From Yuukianura sp. NJ FZ-2021 (lineage: Eukaryota): a stretch of DNA of 64,000 nt. Of the stretch, positions 1-13,501 are shown piece by piece. A program made the translations under genes and the position numbers. The stretch covers positions 2,480,001 to 2,544,000 of the forward strand of contig CM102283.1 in assembly GCA_046563655.1 (NCBI GenBank), written 5' to 3'. Position 1 is the stretch's first letter. Each line of letters opens with the position of its first letter. The notes beneath the pieces were generated by a model. That model searched no databases. It was not told the origin of the DNA and saw nothing but the letters and a program-made list of their open reading frames with translations.

Positions 1-302
1 AAAGTTAGAGAACAGGTCAATTTTTCACGAGACCAACATTTCAAGACGGTAGAGTACGCGTGAATCCTCGGCAAGGCAAATATATCCAAAAGTTGAATTT
101 CAACTGAATTTTTCAAAATTCCAATTTCTCAAAAAGTAAGTGTACAAGTGAATTTTTAAAAATTTGGTCACGTCAAAAAGTTAGAGAACAGGTCAATTTT
201 TCACGAGACCAACATTTCAAGACGGTAGAGTACGCGTGAATCCTCGGCAAGGCAGATATATCCAAAAGTTGAATTTCAGCTGATTTTTTTAAAATTCCAA
301 TT
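1..302. repeat. Direct repeat, 176-bp period (about 1.7 copies visible, truncated by the window start)
   Basis: AAAGTTAGAGAACAGGTCAATTTTTCACGAGACC... at 1 recurs at 177 with only a few substitutions through ~302. Confidence 0.9.
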
Positions 303-308
303 CCTTAA

Positions 309-468
309 ATTTTCCGCATGTTTCTTATAACAACGTCTCGATTTTCCGCAACTTTTTTATAACAACGCATCGATTTTCCGCAAGCTTTTTATAACAACAT
401 CTGGATTTTCCGCATGTTTCTTATAACAACGGCTCGATTTTGCGCAAACTTCTCATAACAACGCCTCC
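309..468. repeat. Minisatellite, 5 x 32 bp (ATTTTCCGCA-n7-TATAACAAC-n6)
   Basis: Units start at 309, 341, 373, 405 and 437. Confidence 0.9.
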
Positions 469-863
469 GTTCTCTGCAAGAAAAAAGCTTGCAGAAAATG
501 TTCGTCCCTATTTTCTGCAAGGAATTTTTGGTTGTGTTTTTTAAAAAAAATCTTGCAGCAAATCGTATTGAAAAGCAGTCGATCTCCCCTCATAAAATTT
601 TGTTAAATAGTAGTGTGTTAAAAATTCGTCGAAAAAAAAATGTTTGCCCATTTCCAAAGTTCCAATTTCACCGTAATAATAAATTTGAAAACTATGCTTT
701 TCAGATAACACAAGGCCGGATCCGTTAGTCGCCAATAGAAATTTTCGAAAAATTGTTGTTTGTTATTATGATATATGTTTTTCAGTTTTCTAAATTTCGC
801 CCTTTGTGCTGTTTTGGATTTCATGTTTTGCTGTAAAGCGCTTTTTAATTGTACATTTTCAAA

Positions 864-2455
864 ATGTCCGCTGCAAACCCATTTCCATTGACGTCTACTG
901 AAGCTGACTTGGTCCCATTAGTAGAAGAAATTGCTCTCGTGGTATGAATGAGTTCTTGCTTTGCTTTTAAACTAAAAATTTTTACCAGTGTTACCCACAA
1001 CGTTGTTATGATTCAGGTGCAGTTTGGTATTAATTTCAGGTTCTTCAGAATAAGCCGCGTGATATCGATGCTTTTTTGGCTGACTACTTGGAAGACCGTG
1101 ACCGTGGCGTGATTCCACCTCCGCAGTTGACTCCTGACCCACAGATTGCTGTCATTTTGTCCAGTCTTCATGGTGAAGTGAAAGAGTCCAAAAGGAAGGA
1201 CACGCCTGCGCCGACGCGGAGAAACGAAAAAAGTGATCCAGTATTTCTGCCAGTTCAGTCACTTACTAAAAAAGACAACAAAGGAACAGACGTAGAGAAG
1301 CAGAAGGCTGAAAATGTTGTAGTTCAAAATGACGTCATTTTGAAAAAAGAATCCCAAAAGTTTTTCGAAATTGAGGAAACTTTTGAAGAAAAGTCTTCGC
1401 AGAAGCCAGACTCACATGCACATGGTGTCATGTCTGCTCAAACGCAAAACGTGCATGGAGCCAACTCTGTACTGAAACAAGATTCACATGCTTGGAATGC
1501 TGCAAACCATCCTCACGCACATCAATCAAAAGCTGCACAGAAGTCCAGTGTACACCAATCGAAGTCTGCGCAGAAGCAAGACATACATGGAATATTGTCA
1601 GTACATAAGCAAGATTTACATGAAGTGAAGTCTGCGCAGAAGCAAAGTAAACAGCATGAGCATAGACCTCCTGTGCATCATTCAAACGCTTCTCGAAACA
1701 CTCTACACGGATCCAAGTCTGTGCAGAAACAAAACGTACATGGATCCACGCCTGAGCAGTCGAGTGACGTTCATGGATCAACTTCGACCTCTGCGCAGAA
1801 GCAGAGCATTCCTTCTGGTCGTGCCATTGGACAGCCCATGGAGAAGTCCAAGGCTGTGGCCACCGTCAGCCCAGAAAAAGCTGCCAACTCGCATGAGGTC
1901 AAGGATTGTCGAAAAATTGTGCTGGATCTCGTCGAGGGAATGAACACAGTCGATGACTACGTGAGTCGTGTTCAGCAGGCACTCAAGGCAGCTCTCCGGC
2001 AGGGTGAACTTGACCTGGGGTCAATGACCTCTGGCGAATCACGAGGTCAAGGTCAAGGTCACCCACGTCCGGGACAGCAAAGGCACCAAGAGTTCAGCAG
2101 TGACCAAACTGATGCGCAGATGCAGAGGAATGGCATGTCGAGAATCTTTGGAGATTGGCCGTTTTCCCCACGGTGTGATCTGGACTCGGGGTTTTGGAAG
2201 GCTCAGTGTTGTGTATTCGCTGGAGTAAAAATACAAAATGAAATATTGGATTTCAAAAAACATCAAATTCAAAATTTTTGTTTGAACAACGATTTTTTTC
2301 AAAATTTCAATGTAAGTTTTATTTCGCAGGTTCTCTCGGGTGACATCGGAATTTTTGAAGCACCGATCCACGCTGCATTGGTTGGATGGGGCTTGCTGGC
2401 TGTCTTGTTTCTGTTTCTGAAGACGTATCGCGAGATTGGTCAGCTTCTAAATTGA
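864..2455 (+). CDS. RIIa-type dimerization/docking (D/D) domain protein with 11-aa His-periodic repeats and a probable C-terminal transmembrane helix
   Basis: Exon 864-941 splices in phase 0 (GT at 942, AG at 1038-1039) to 1040, giving MSAANPFPLTSTEADLVPLVEEIALVVLQNKPRDIDAFLADYLE, which fits the RIIa D/D pattern (L..L..E....VL...P.DI..F.A.Y). It continues in the 1076-2455 ORF. A second intron probably ends at the acceptor TTTCGCAG 2329; phase-0 donor candidates are 1961 (GTGAGT) and 2225. AATAAA at 2530. Confidence 0.7.
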
Positions 2456-2767
2456 AACGAGACTATCGGTATCCTATGTGTCACTAAACTTAAGTCAGGT
2501 GAAAGGGCAATCAATGAATTAATCAAATTAATAAATTAGTGTACATAGTGGTACAATCCAATCCAAACCTAAATTGATCTTGAAAAGCTTTTTATTAGTA
2601 TTTTTAACTTACGACTGGTATGTTCTTGGAAATACTGTGGAATTAATCACAAACGTTCTCGACTAGATTATTCAGGATGCTTAAGATACTTGGAAAGTAT
2701 CCTGATTACCAATACTGGAATTTAGGATTTCAGCGATTTTAGCGCCATTAAGAATTTGAATCGTGAT

Positions 2768-3770
2768 TCAGCGTCTAATAACTGAGAATCCGACGGAAGA
2801 CAAGTGTTGTTCGTTATGAACTTCTAGAAACTCCCAACAGACTTTACGTTGTCCTTGACTCTGATCTGGAGATTCTTCTTCCAGCGACACCAACATCTTA
2901 TGATACGCACAATTGTGAAGAGTGACGGTCAAGTCCTTGGAGTAGTTGACAACTTTGTGCTTTGTAGTCTCCAGAGCAATGTGGGTCATCCAGAGATCAG
3001 TAAAGTATCCATGACCGACAATCAGCACAGTTTCTGGTGAAGGACTTTCATTCAAATCTCGAACAAAATCCTAGAAAACAAACAAAAATCTATTGATTTC
3101 AATTGTCATTGAGAATCAGCAGTTTTTGGGTTACTTGGAAGAAAGAATCTGCCCGGGCCAAAACGTTTTGAATTTCTTCGGTTCCCTTGATGTAGAAGTG
3201 AGCATATGGAAAGAGAGGGTGACTTTCATCGATGCCTTTTCCTCGCAGGGCATTTCCTTCGTCGTAGCTCCTTCCAAGGAATTCACGATGTTCCTGAAGT
3301 GAACACAAGGCCAATTAACTTAATTAGTTGACATGACTTTAGCTTAATCAGAGAAGTGAGTTCAATGTAAGACCAACCTTCTCCCGAATCCTGTCATCAA
3401 CGATCAGCTGTACCTCCTTTGAGTATTTTGATTCGTCTAGGATGATCTTGGCTGTTTCCGTTGCTCTTGGAAGGTTGCTGGAATATGCACGGGTAAACGC
3501 AACATCAGCCAGTGCTTCTCCTGCAAGTTTAGACTGCATTCGACCTCGATCTGTCAAGAAAGCTGTCATCGGATCCGTGTAAATTCTCTCGTAGTTTCCT
3601 TTCGTTTCACCACTAACAAACCAAATACAGGTTGGATTTAATATTAATAGATTCGGTTTTCGGTTAATTGGAAAGTGGAATTTAAAATACTTAACTTACT
3701 GTCGAACCCAATAAATTAGCGACTTGTTTGGCAGTATTACTGAAGTAGAGGAGGAATTCTGTTCGCTCAT
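2768..3770 (-). CDS. Histidine phosphatase superfamily protein (phosphoglycerate mutase/TIGAR-like), ~255 aa
   Basis: Exons 3770-3700, 3612-3378, 3293-3135, 3070-2768 are phase-consistent. Catalytic RHGET is split by intron 1 (CA|T). Other motifs: YSSNLPRATETA, DDRIRE, LIVGHG. AATAAA on the minus strand at 2591-2596. Confidence 0.88.
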
Positions 3771-4506
3771 GATTATAGAAAAAAATTATGCTAAATCGCG
3801 GAAAGGAACATGAAGACTTCGGGTTTGTTCATTCATATCGAAAAAAAATGAGAAGACAAGCACCAGCACCGGAGAAAGGCGAAAGATGGACGGTGAAAGA
3901 GCGCGAGCGGCAGCATTTTACAATGTTATAGATGCCAAAAAAGTATTGGAAGTTAATTTTATGTGTCATCGAATGTAATGTTTAATTTGAAGTAATAGAG
4001 TACATAAAATAATTATTATCGAAAAGAATGGAGCCGGCATATTTGAATCCATTATTAATTTCAAAGCTCCCGAGTCCCGAAACTTATTCTAGAAGCTCAC
4101 ATGAGAAAAATGAGGAAATGATTTTTAGTTGAATTACTTGAAAGGCCTTTGAACAATAATTGTCAGAGTGTTTCAAGTATTCAGTTAATTATTAATTGAT
4201 TTAGAAAGAGTTGCTCAACATTTTAAAGACATCAACTCCAAATTGTAACCTCGTGGTTATTAGTTTAACAAATGAGGAAGTCGAAAGAAAATCCAACGAA
4301 GAAAGGCTTGGATTCAGTTTCTTCAAATTCAAATACAACTTTTTGGTTTTGACCATTCGCTCCTGCGCAAACGGCAGTAATAACTGCTTGGTCTGCAGAA
4401 CCTACGTAGCGTCGATCTCGTAACAGGTTCTATGCAGACAAACAAATGTATTATAGTACACAGTGAACCAGAGTGACCTGAAGCATATGATTTAGCAATA
4501 GTAATT

Positions 4507-6254
4507 CTATTTTACCGATGTGACCAGAAACTTTACAAGGAATTGAGTGTCCTTCGGGATCCGTAATTCAGTATCCAAAGGAACAGTCAAAATGCAGCGG
4601 CACGTCGGCCCCGTTGGTTCTGTTTTTGAAAACACCACTGACTTCTCCAGTAATGTTGGGTTTAATGCATTGCCGTAGTCTTCAATAACGAGGGTAAGGA
4701 CATCCGTAGGATTAAACGGAAACACATTATACGCATGCTTGTAGACATATTTGCCATAGGGATCATAACTACTCAGGGTTGGAGTATTAAATGTGAAATC
4801 AATATGGATACGACGGATCCAAATTTGGGTGTTCACTTTGAATCTTCAAGAACAATTAAGTACATCAAATAAAAGTATAGCCACCTCATAGTTAATCCTT
4901 ATGTACCACACGTTACCTTATTGCGCACGAATGAGTAGCGACATTTGACCGTGGCATAGACCGGTCGGATATCATCACGGCATGTTTACGTGACATTTGA
5001 TACTCCATACCAGTCGGACCGGCCTCGAAATACTTACGTGGCCGTGCGTTGAATAGTCCGCGTGGTAGACAGGATCTGAAGAAAGGACAAACGAGACTTG
5101 AACTTAGACTTGCTTTTAAACGTAGAGTAAAATTTATTGTCATTGACCTTTGATCTTGTGGGACGTTGTAATAAAGTAATGCTGCGAGAACTTCATCTGA
5201 TGATAGAACTTGAGAAGTGATCACTCTGGACGCAAACTCAAATGGGGTCATTTGAGGGAATCGAATCAATGGAATAACGCTTTCAAGAACGGATCTAATA
5301 TTGCTTGGCGTATTTTGTGCACGTTGACGCTGAAGCACAGCGTGACCCCATCTTTAGAAAAAGGTTATTAACAATTAAGTTATAACTCAGAGTATTATTA
5401 CAAAAATTCACGTTTCACACCTCATGACGGCATCGAACAATTGAGCTTCATCAATAACTGCAAGGGCGTCTTCCTGCAATATTTGGGACAAAGCCTCAAC
5501 CGATACTTCCATAAATTGCTTCAATTTCACAATCTTTGCTGCGTTCCTAAAGGACCAGAGTGTTCAGATTAGTTACACATGGTCAGTTTGAATCAAATTA
5601 AATATTATATGAAACTATTCGCAATTTTGTAACAGTACTTGCAAATATAGTCCATCGTAGATTTCTTCAAGTGTGCATTGTTGTAAAGTCTGGCTTGTTC
5701 GTAAATGTGAAGGACTGACTCATCCGAAAGTTTCGTCTCCAGCATCGTAGCACAATGTTTTCCAAGATCCGGAATCTCATAAGTTGTCGCAGCTCGGAGG
5801 AGTGGCAAAGCCGATTCCACTTTGTCTGGCTTAGCTCCGGCATAGAGAAACTAATCCACAAAGAAAAATGGCTAAACGAAGTTTGACATTTGTATTTCCA
5901 AAAACAAATTTTTAGTTGTTGCTGACCGTTTACACTTACTTTCAAGAACATCATCACTTCTTCATTGGTCATTTCCGGCAGTTCCAGCGTCTGCACAAAC
6001 TTGTCCTTTCCGGAAAACCCATCGTCGTTATCTCCAGTGGTACTGTACATCTGACGAAACACTGGAGATGCTGCAGTAAGAAACATCTTCTGTACCCGAA
6101 TCGGAGTCTTTTCTTTCCCAGCCAAAATAGTAAGGTCACCAACTCCGGATTCCAGGATTGACAACATTCGTTCCGAATGGGCAGAGGAAACGAGGATGTC
6201 GTCATCCTTCTCTTGTGTATACCTTTTCGCAGTAATTATTGGCCTGGCCGCCAT
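4507..6254 (-). CDS. BTB/POZ-BACK domain protein, ~450 aa
   Basis: Exons 6254-5940, 5850-5639, 5546-5421, 5351-5148, 5075-4917, 4843-4507 are phase-consistent. BTB motifs: DLTILAG, FLTAASPVFRQM, FLKFLY, AATTYEIPDL. BACK motifs: EAQLFDAVMRW, LIRFPQMT. Confidence 0.88.
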
Positions 6255-6738
6255 GACTGGATGATGGATGGCAAACGTTGTTACTGAGACGTAAAAATTA
6301 AAATATGGATGGACGTTGCAGAGGGAGAGGGTGTGAGGTGATGATAGTCGGAGTTCAAAATTGGAAATGAAATTGTCATGGAGAATTATGCGATGGGAGG
6401 ACGCCTCGTCTTCTGCTGTTCCCTATTCCACCAGTTGTACGCCGGCGTAGTAAGTAGTAAGCCATTGGTTTTTGTTTGTTATCGAGAAATTGCAAAGAAC
6501 AAACAGGGTATTCGCCTTCAAACTGAAGTTGACTCCAATGCCCTTGGATAATGTTCTGCCAGAATCTCCATTCGTTTGCTAAAACTGAACTCAGTGTTGA
6601 GATAAAGTTAGCTCGTAAACAAAATTCGAAGTGAAGTGTACTAGTGTAACTTCTGATGAGTCAGCTTCACAAAGAGAATGGTATTCCAAATCAGCTCAAA
6701 TTACAAGATTTTATTTACTTACAAAATACTACATGGTC

Positions 6739-8322
<1,584 letters not shown>

Positions 8323-9159
8323 TTCTGTAAAAACTTGAAGAATTCAATTAACTAAAGAACTAAACAAACAAACACCGAAATACGATTATTTTATATTTAA
8401 TAATTAATTTTATAAAATAACTTCCTCAATCGAATCCTCAAACATAAAAAAAATTGTATTGGTATTATCAGCTGACTTCCATTTCAAAACAAACACATGA
8501 TGAAGAAAACCCATGTCGAACATACGCAAAACTCACGATTATCACCAAAGAAGCCGATTCTTTCTATCCTGGGAATCCTAAGTATAAGCCTAGGTTTAGA
8601 AATAAGTATTTAACTAAACAAGTACTTACAGAATTTGAGTTAATACAGATGGATAACATCTTTACAACCATGTTTAGTATTGATACAATACATGAATTTA
8701 GTTAATTAAATAAACGTATCATTATAATTAACAAGTTTAACACACATGCCCAGCTATGTATGTAGAATGGTATTCTTGGTGGAACTTTTTGTGTCACTGA
8801 ATAACAAAGAGATCAACAAAATACAAAATTCGCGGTGGTGCAATTGAAGCAGCAAATCACAATTCGGCATTTTATTGCAAAACGTTTTTTGGGTGACATG
8901 TAAAAACAGTATGGTGGATATCCACTTTTTCTACATTTCATCCACGGCTGGACATCCAGTGGAAGAAATGGACGAAGTGGATCCAAACGGGACGAGCTTT
9001 GCCCACGGGGATTGCACTTTACTAATAAAAAAGGCATTTGAAAAAAAAACTGCAACACTGCCCAAAGTGCATTGCATCAGAATTGCATTGTTAATTGTAG
9101 TTTTGTATTTTGAATTTTAGCAACAAAAAACAAACAACAATCAGATTCAGAACTTCCTT

Positions 9160-11063
9160 TGTTAACGCGGCTGCGTGCGAAAAGCGTCGTTGACATTTGT
9201 GTGAAAAGCGGGATAATTTAAAATTCGGCATGTAATTTCTGCTGCCTCATCAAATTACCGGCTCCATCTTCCATTTTCCACCGTTCGACCATTCTTCTTT
9301 GTTCATCAACCATCGATCGTAATCATCTAACCATCGTTCGTTGCATCGTGAGGACGTTTCATTTAATCAAGATTGACGTTTCAATTAATCAAGAACGAAC
9401 AACAAGCACATTGTAAGTTAATTGAAGATGTAGAATATCTTGCTACTTTAGTACTACTGTCTGATTGGTACTTTCGTTTGAGGTAATTTAGGTAGGGCAG
9501 GCGATGAGATCACTATATCCGGGATTCTGGAATGTGTAAGTTTGCTAATTAGCAGCGTTTCCGCCACAGCAAGTTATGGGGTCAAGGACGATTAAACTTC
9601 TGGTTCTGCTGAACATGAAACTCGAAGGGAAGATATCGAGTGGAGGACATTCTAATATCGAATATATCCTAGTACGTGGAGGAAGGAAATGAATGGTGGG
9701 CGAGGATCATTGATGCATTGCCTACCCGGGGTTACGTAACACAGCGGATTCCAGGGAAGGGAGCCAATAAACTGCTTGTGATGTGAGTCACAAAGCCGTG
9801 CTCAGCCAGGAATTAGGGCATCTCAGTGAAGGAATTCGGAGTTTTGTTTCAGCGACCATGCGCGAGGAATCGATCTAAAGAAAAACTTATTTTCTTTTCT
9901 TGTGTGTTAGCTGAGCCGTGTCCTCTGCGGAATGCGGAGCCTCAATCTAAAAGTAGTATAAAGGGCTTAAGGAGTGGTCCTGGACAGGGACTGGCGGCCT
10001 AGCGATATGCCAAGGGCGTAGCATTTAAATGGCGCTTAATTGTCACACCCACCCTACTCTAATCGATGAAACATTATGTTATACTGATTTGCTGTTTTTT
10101 CTTTCTTTCGTTCCAGGAAAAATGGAACTTGGACTAATGAATTCGACCGAAATAGGCTACAGTGCTATGCCTCCTTGGAGCAGTTCGACCGAAGACGCTG
10201 GTGGGACAATTGAATCAGAACTTTCCTTCATGGTCATTTTCATTTGATACAAATTCAGAACCAGAAGAGTTGAAAGGCAGAACAAAAGTTGAGCTCCATC
10301 CACGACCACTTCGAGCACACGACTCATTCTCCTCCCTCCCCTACGAAAACAAGGAACCCTGGGCTGAAGTTCTCTCAAAGTTCATCGAATTTAAGCAATA
10401 GAATAACCTAACGTTAGGTTAGCCTAACGTTCCCAGGAGGATCGACTGTCAAGGACCTTGGGAAGACCCTGAGGATTTCTATAGTACCTCTGCACATGGT
10501 AACTTCCAAACTTAGTTCTACACCACAAAAGGCCTAGGGACCCCACAAGGCTCAAACTTACTACAGCAAGTGCTTCACAAAAAACTGAAACTCGACCGCA
10601 GTCAAGCAAAAATCGTTACGTGTTTGGTCGTTGCTCATTTCTTCCAGTTCTTTCAAGTTTCAAGTGAGTTCAGAACACAATTAATAATTAGTTGTAGTGA
10701 GTGTACTGCAAAGAAATCGGTCAAGTTCAACTCAATTGTGACTAATCTCGGTAAGCCAACTTAAGTTTCTTTGTCTTAGGTTCTGGAATTGAGCAGATTA
10801 CATTTCATTGTCATACGATTGAGCTGAGCTGTGCAGTTTTTTATCGATTGTCCATGTCAGTACTTTGGACCAATGAAAAGTGCCGTTGCGTAGGTGTGTC
10901 TCTATGTTAGGGTATTCCCCGTGTCATTTGAAACTTAAAACCAGTTAGTTTGATAGTTAAATTTTTAATTACTTGACTAACTGTCATTAGTATTGTAACG
11001 GGAAACATGATTGTCTTGACAGTCGTCGGGTTGAGGTTCGGGACATGGTACCCGTACCTAACA
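9160..11063 (+). other. Possible solo LTR or spliced non-coding locus
   Basis: ~1.9-kb block with less homopolymer content than its flanks, bounded by TGTTA...TAACA, containing TATAAA (~9957), AATAAA (~9766) and several splice-like signals. No long ORF; no target-site duplication found. Confidence 0.25.
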
Positions 11064-13501
11064 AACCTAACATTTTCAAAAACTGATCAAACCGGATTTA
11101 CAGCTGATTTCAAAGGTTGATCAAAAACGACTTTTCTTGTTTGATTTTTACAGAGAATTCGGAAATATTTAAGTTTAAAAAAATCATGAAACAAATTGGC
11201 GACGATTTTTATCAAGCGATCAGTAGTGAAAATCTTCCCGATTTTCTTAAAGTTAAAACTCCATTTTGATTTAATTAGTTTATTTTCTGTTCTTCTTTTT
11301 TGCTATTCAAAAACAGAAAATTGTTGGCCAACCGCAGACTGAGCTGAGAGTGCCACAAAAATCGGGGTTGAACATGAAATTTTGTTTTTGTTTTGCAAAA
11401 ATTTTGCAATTTGGCAAAAACACAATGTCCCTGTCAAGCTCAGCAGTTTTTAGTTTTTAGCTCTGTGCTTAGTCATATGATTTTGTTGAACAAAGAAGCT
11501 TGTTTTTAAAGTTTCTTTTCATGTAGTACATGTTAGGTTTCTTTCAATGCAATGTAATGTTAAATATCTTTGTCGCAACTTAACACAGTTCAAATCTTTT
11601 GGCTAATTGTAATTAGTTTTTGACTTATGTCTTCTGTAGATCTGCACAGCAGTCGACAAATCCCAGTTAAACTCTTGTCTTGCAGTACTTATATTCTCTA
11701 AGTGCCAAAAGTATCTCAGATATACTGTTGTTTACTTTCAAAAAATATCATCAACGTAAACATTTTGTTATCCCATTGCAGAAAATAACAAAATTCGTCT
11801 TTATAACAAACTTTGTTTTGGTGCAAAGACCAATTTTGTTCAATTTTTTGCCCTTTGTGTGTGCAGATTTTGGTTGATGAAGTAAGTGTCTGGACTGCTT
11901 TTGTTGTAAATTGGAAACAATTAAGTCAATGTACTGGGCAGATGCGTCCTAGCCTCTTCTTCATGCCCAATTAATATTCATGGCATGAGGCTGTTTTCAG
12001 TGTAGTTAAGTTGTTAGCAGATAGTAGGTTAGACACAGACGTGTGCATTTGAACGTAAAAGTTAATTTAAGTGCGCTGTGACCTCTGAGGTCACTCTCTT
12101 CTACGTACGAAGAAATCAGAGTGACCTCTGAGGTCAACGGTGCTGATGTCACCACTGATGGAGAAGTTATCAGGCCGACTGTAATACCGGCAATGTCAAA
12201 CGGACTGCAAGTACAAGTTCATTTTTAGGAAAAATGTGCTTTTTTGAACTAAGATGTTACTTTTTTGAAAAAATGAGATTTTTTTTAGGGTTTCATGTTG
12301 AGACTGACATGATTGTGCTGCTTACAGTTCAAGTAACAGTTAATTGTCAGCCTATTTTGTGCTGACAATTAACCGTTTTTTGTAGTTTTATGAATCATGA
12401 TTGACCTGTATTGTTCATTATCCGCCAATTATTGTGCTGGCAGTATTGTTTTTTTTTCTGAAGTATTTGCTCTAAATACTAAAACTGTTTTTAGCACTTA
12501 CGTTAACAATGGACCAAGAAAGTAATTGGATGGGAAGATAAACAAAGTAATTACATTTTCTCACTTATCCATAGACTTTAGACTATAGATTTTTAGACTT
12601 ATAGACTCTTGGCTATTCAATTACTAATTGGTTTTACCTTATGCCAGCCACTCGCCAGCACAAATTGGCAATATCTAGAACAACGTGAGCTAAAACTTGT
12701 GCTAGCTGGTGGTATATTTTTTAGCTGTTTTGAAATTAGAATTTTGAAATTAGCATGATTAGGCTCTTCTTACCGCACACTTTCAGAATTTTCTTTTCAA
12801 ATTAAGTGGAGTGTGAATTTTGAATTTGAAAAGTGTGAAATCTAAGATTCTGAATGCTAAAATCGTTGAATTTTAAACAGAAGTGCCACACCGTAGAGCT
12901 TCTGCTGCTGGTTGTACTGGCAGTATTTTGTAGTTTACGAAGCGCGATGTTTAGAATTTGTTTTTCTTGGTGTTGAGTTGAGTACAAAGTAAAAGTGACG
13001 GGGCAGAAAAAGTTAATTGATTTGGTAGATAGTGGAGAAGGTTTTGATTTTTGAATTACCAATTTTGGAAATTTTGAATACCAAATTTCGAGAATAGAAT
13101 ATCAAATTTTTATTTTTGTTAAGAAAAAATAAAAATGGGGAGGGAAATGACATGGAAAGTGAAATCGACAGAACGGAAGAATTGGCTGCTGAGAGTGGAG
13201 TTTTTAGAACTTTGAAACAAATGGATAAAGTTTGCGTGCTTTTTGGTGATTGATTTTTTTTTTCATATGCATTAACTAAACAAAAAAAAAACTTTTTTAG
13301 CACAAAAAAAGTAACGTTAAACGAACCGTTGTAGAGGATTGACGCAAACGGAAGTGAACTAAACTTTCAAAAATGACCTTCTAAAATCCATTTGGTTAAC
13401 GAAGCTCAGATTGGCAACAAAAAACTTATAAAAAAAACTATTTCTAGAAATTATGACAAAAGTTAAACTATTTCTAACTCTTTCTTTTTTTTGTATTGCA
13501 G

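Noticed and set aside
309-468. CRISPR-like alternation of constant and variable blocks
   Set aside because: Variable parts are only 6-7 nt and related to each other, there are no cas genes, and the context is eukaryotic. It is a minisatellite.
1428-1781. Antisense ORFs over the repeat-coding exon
   Set aside because: Shadow frames of the + strand coding repeat.
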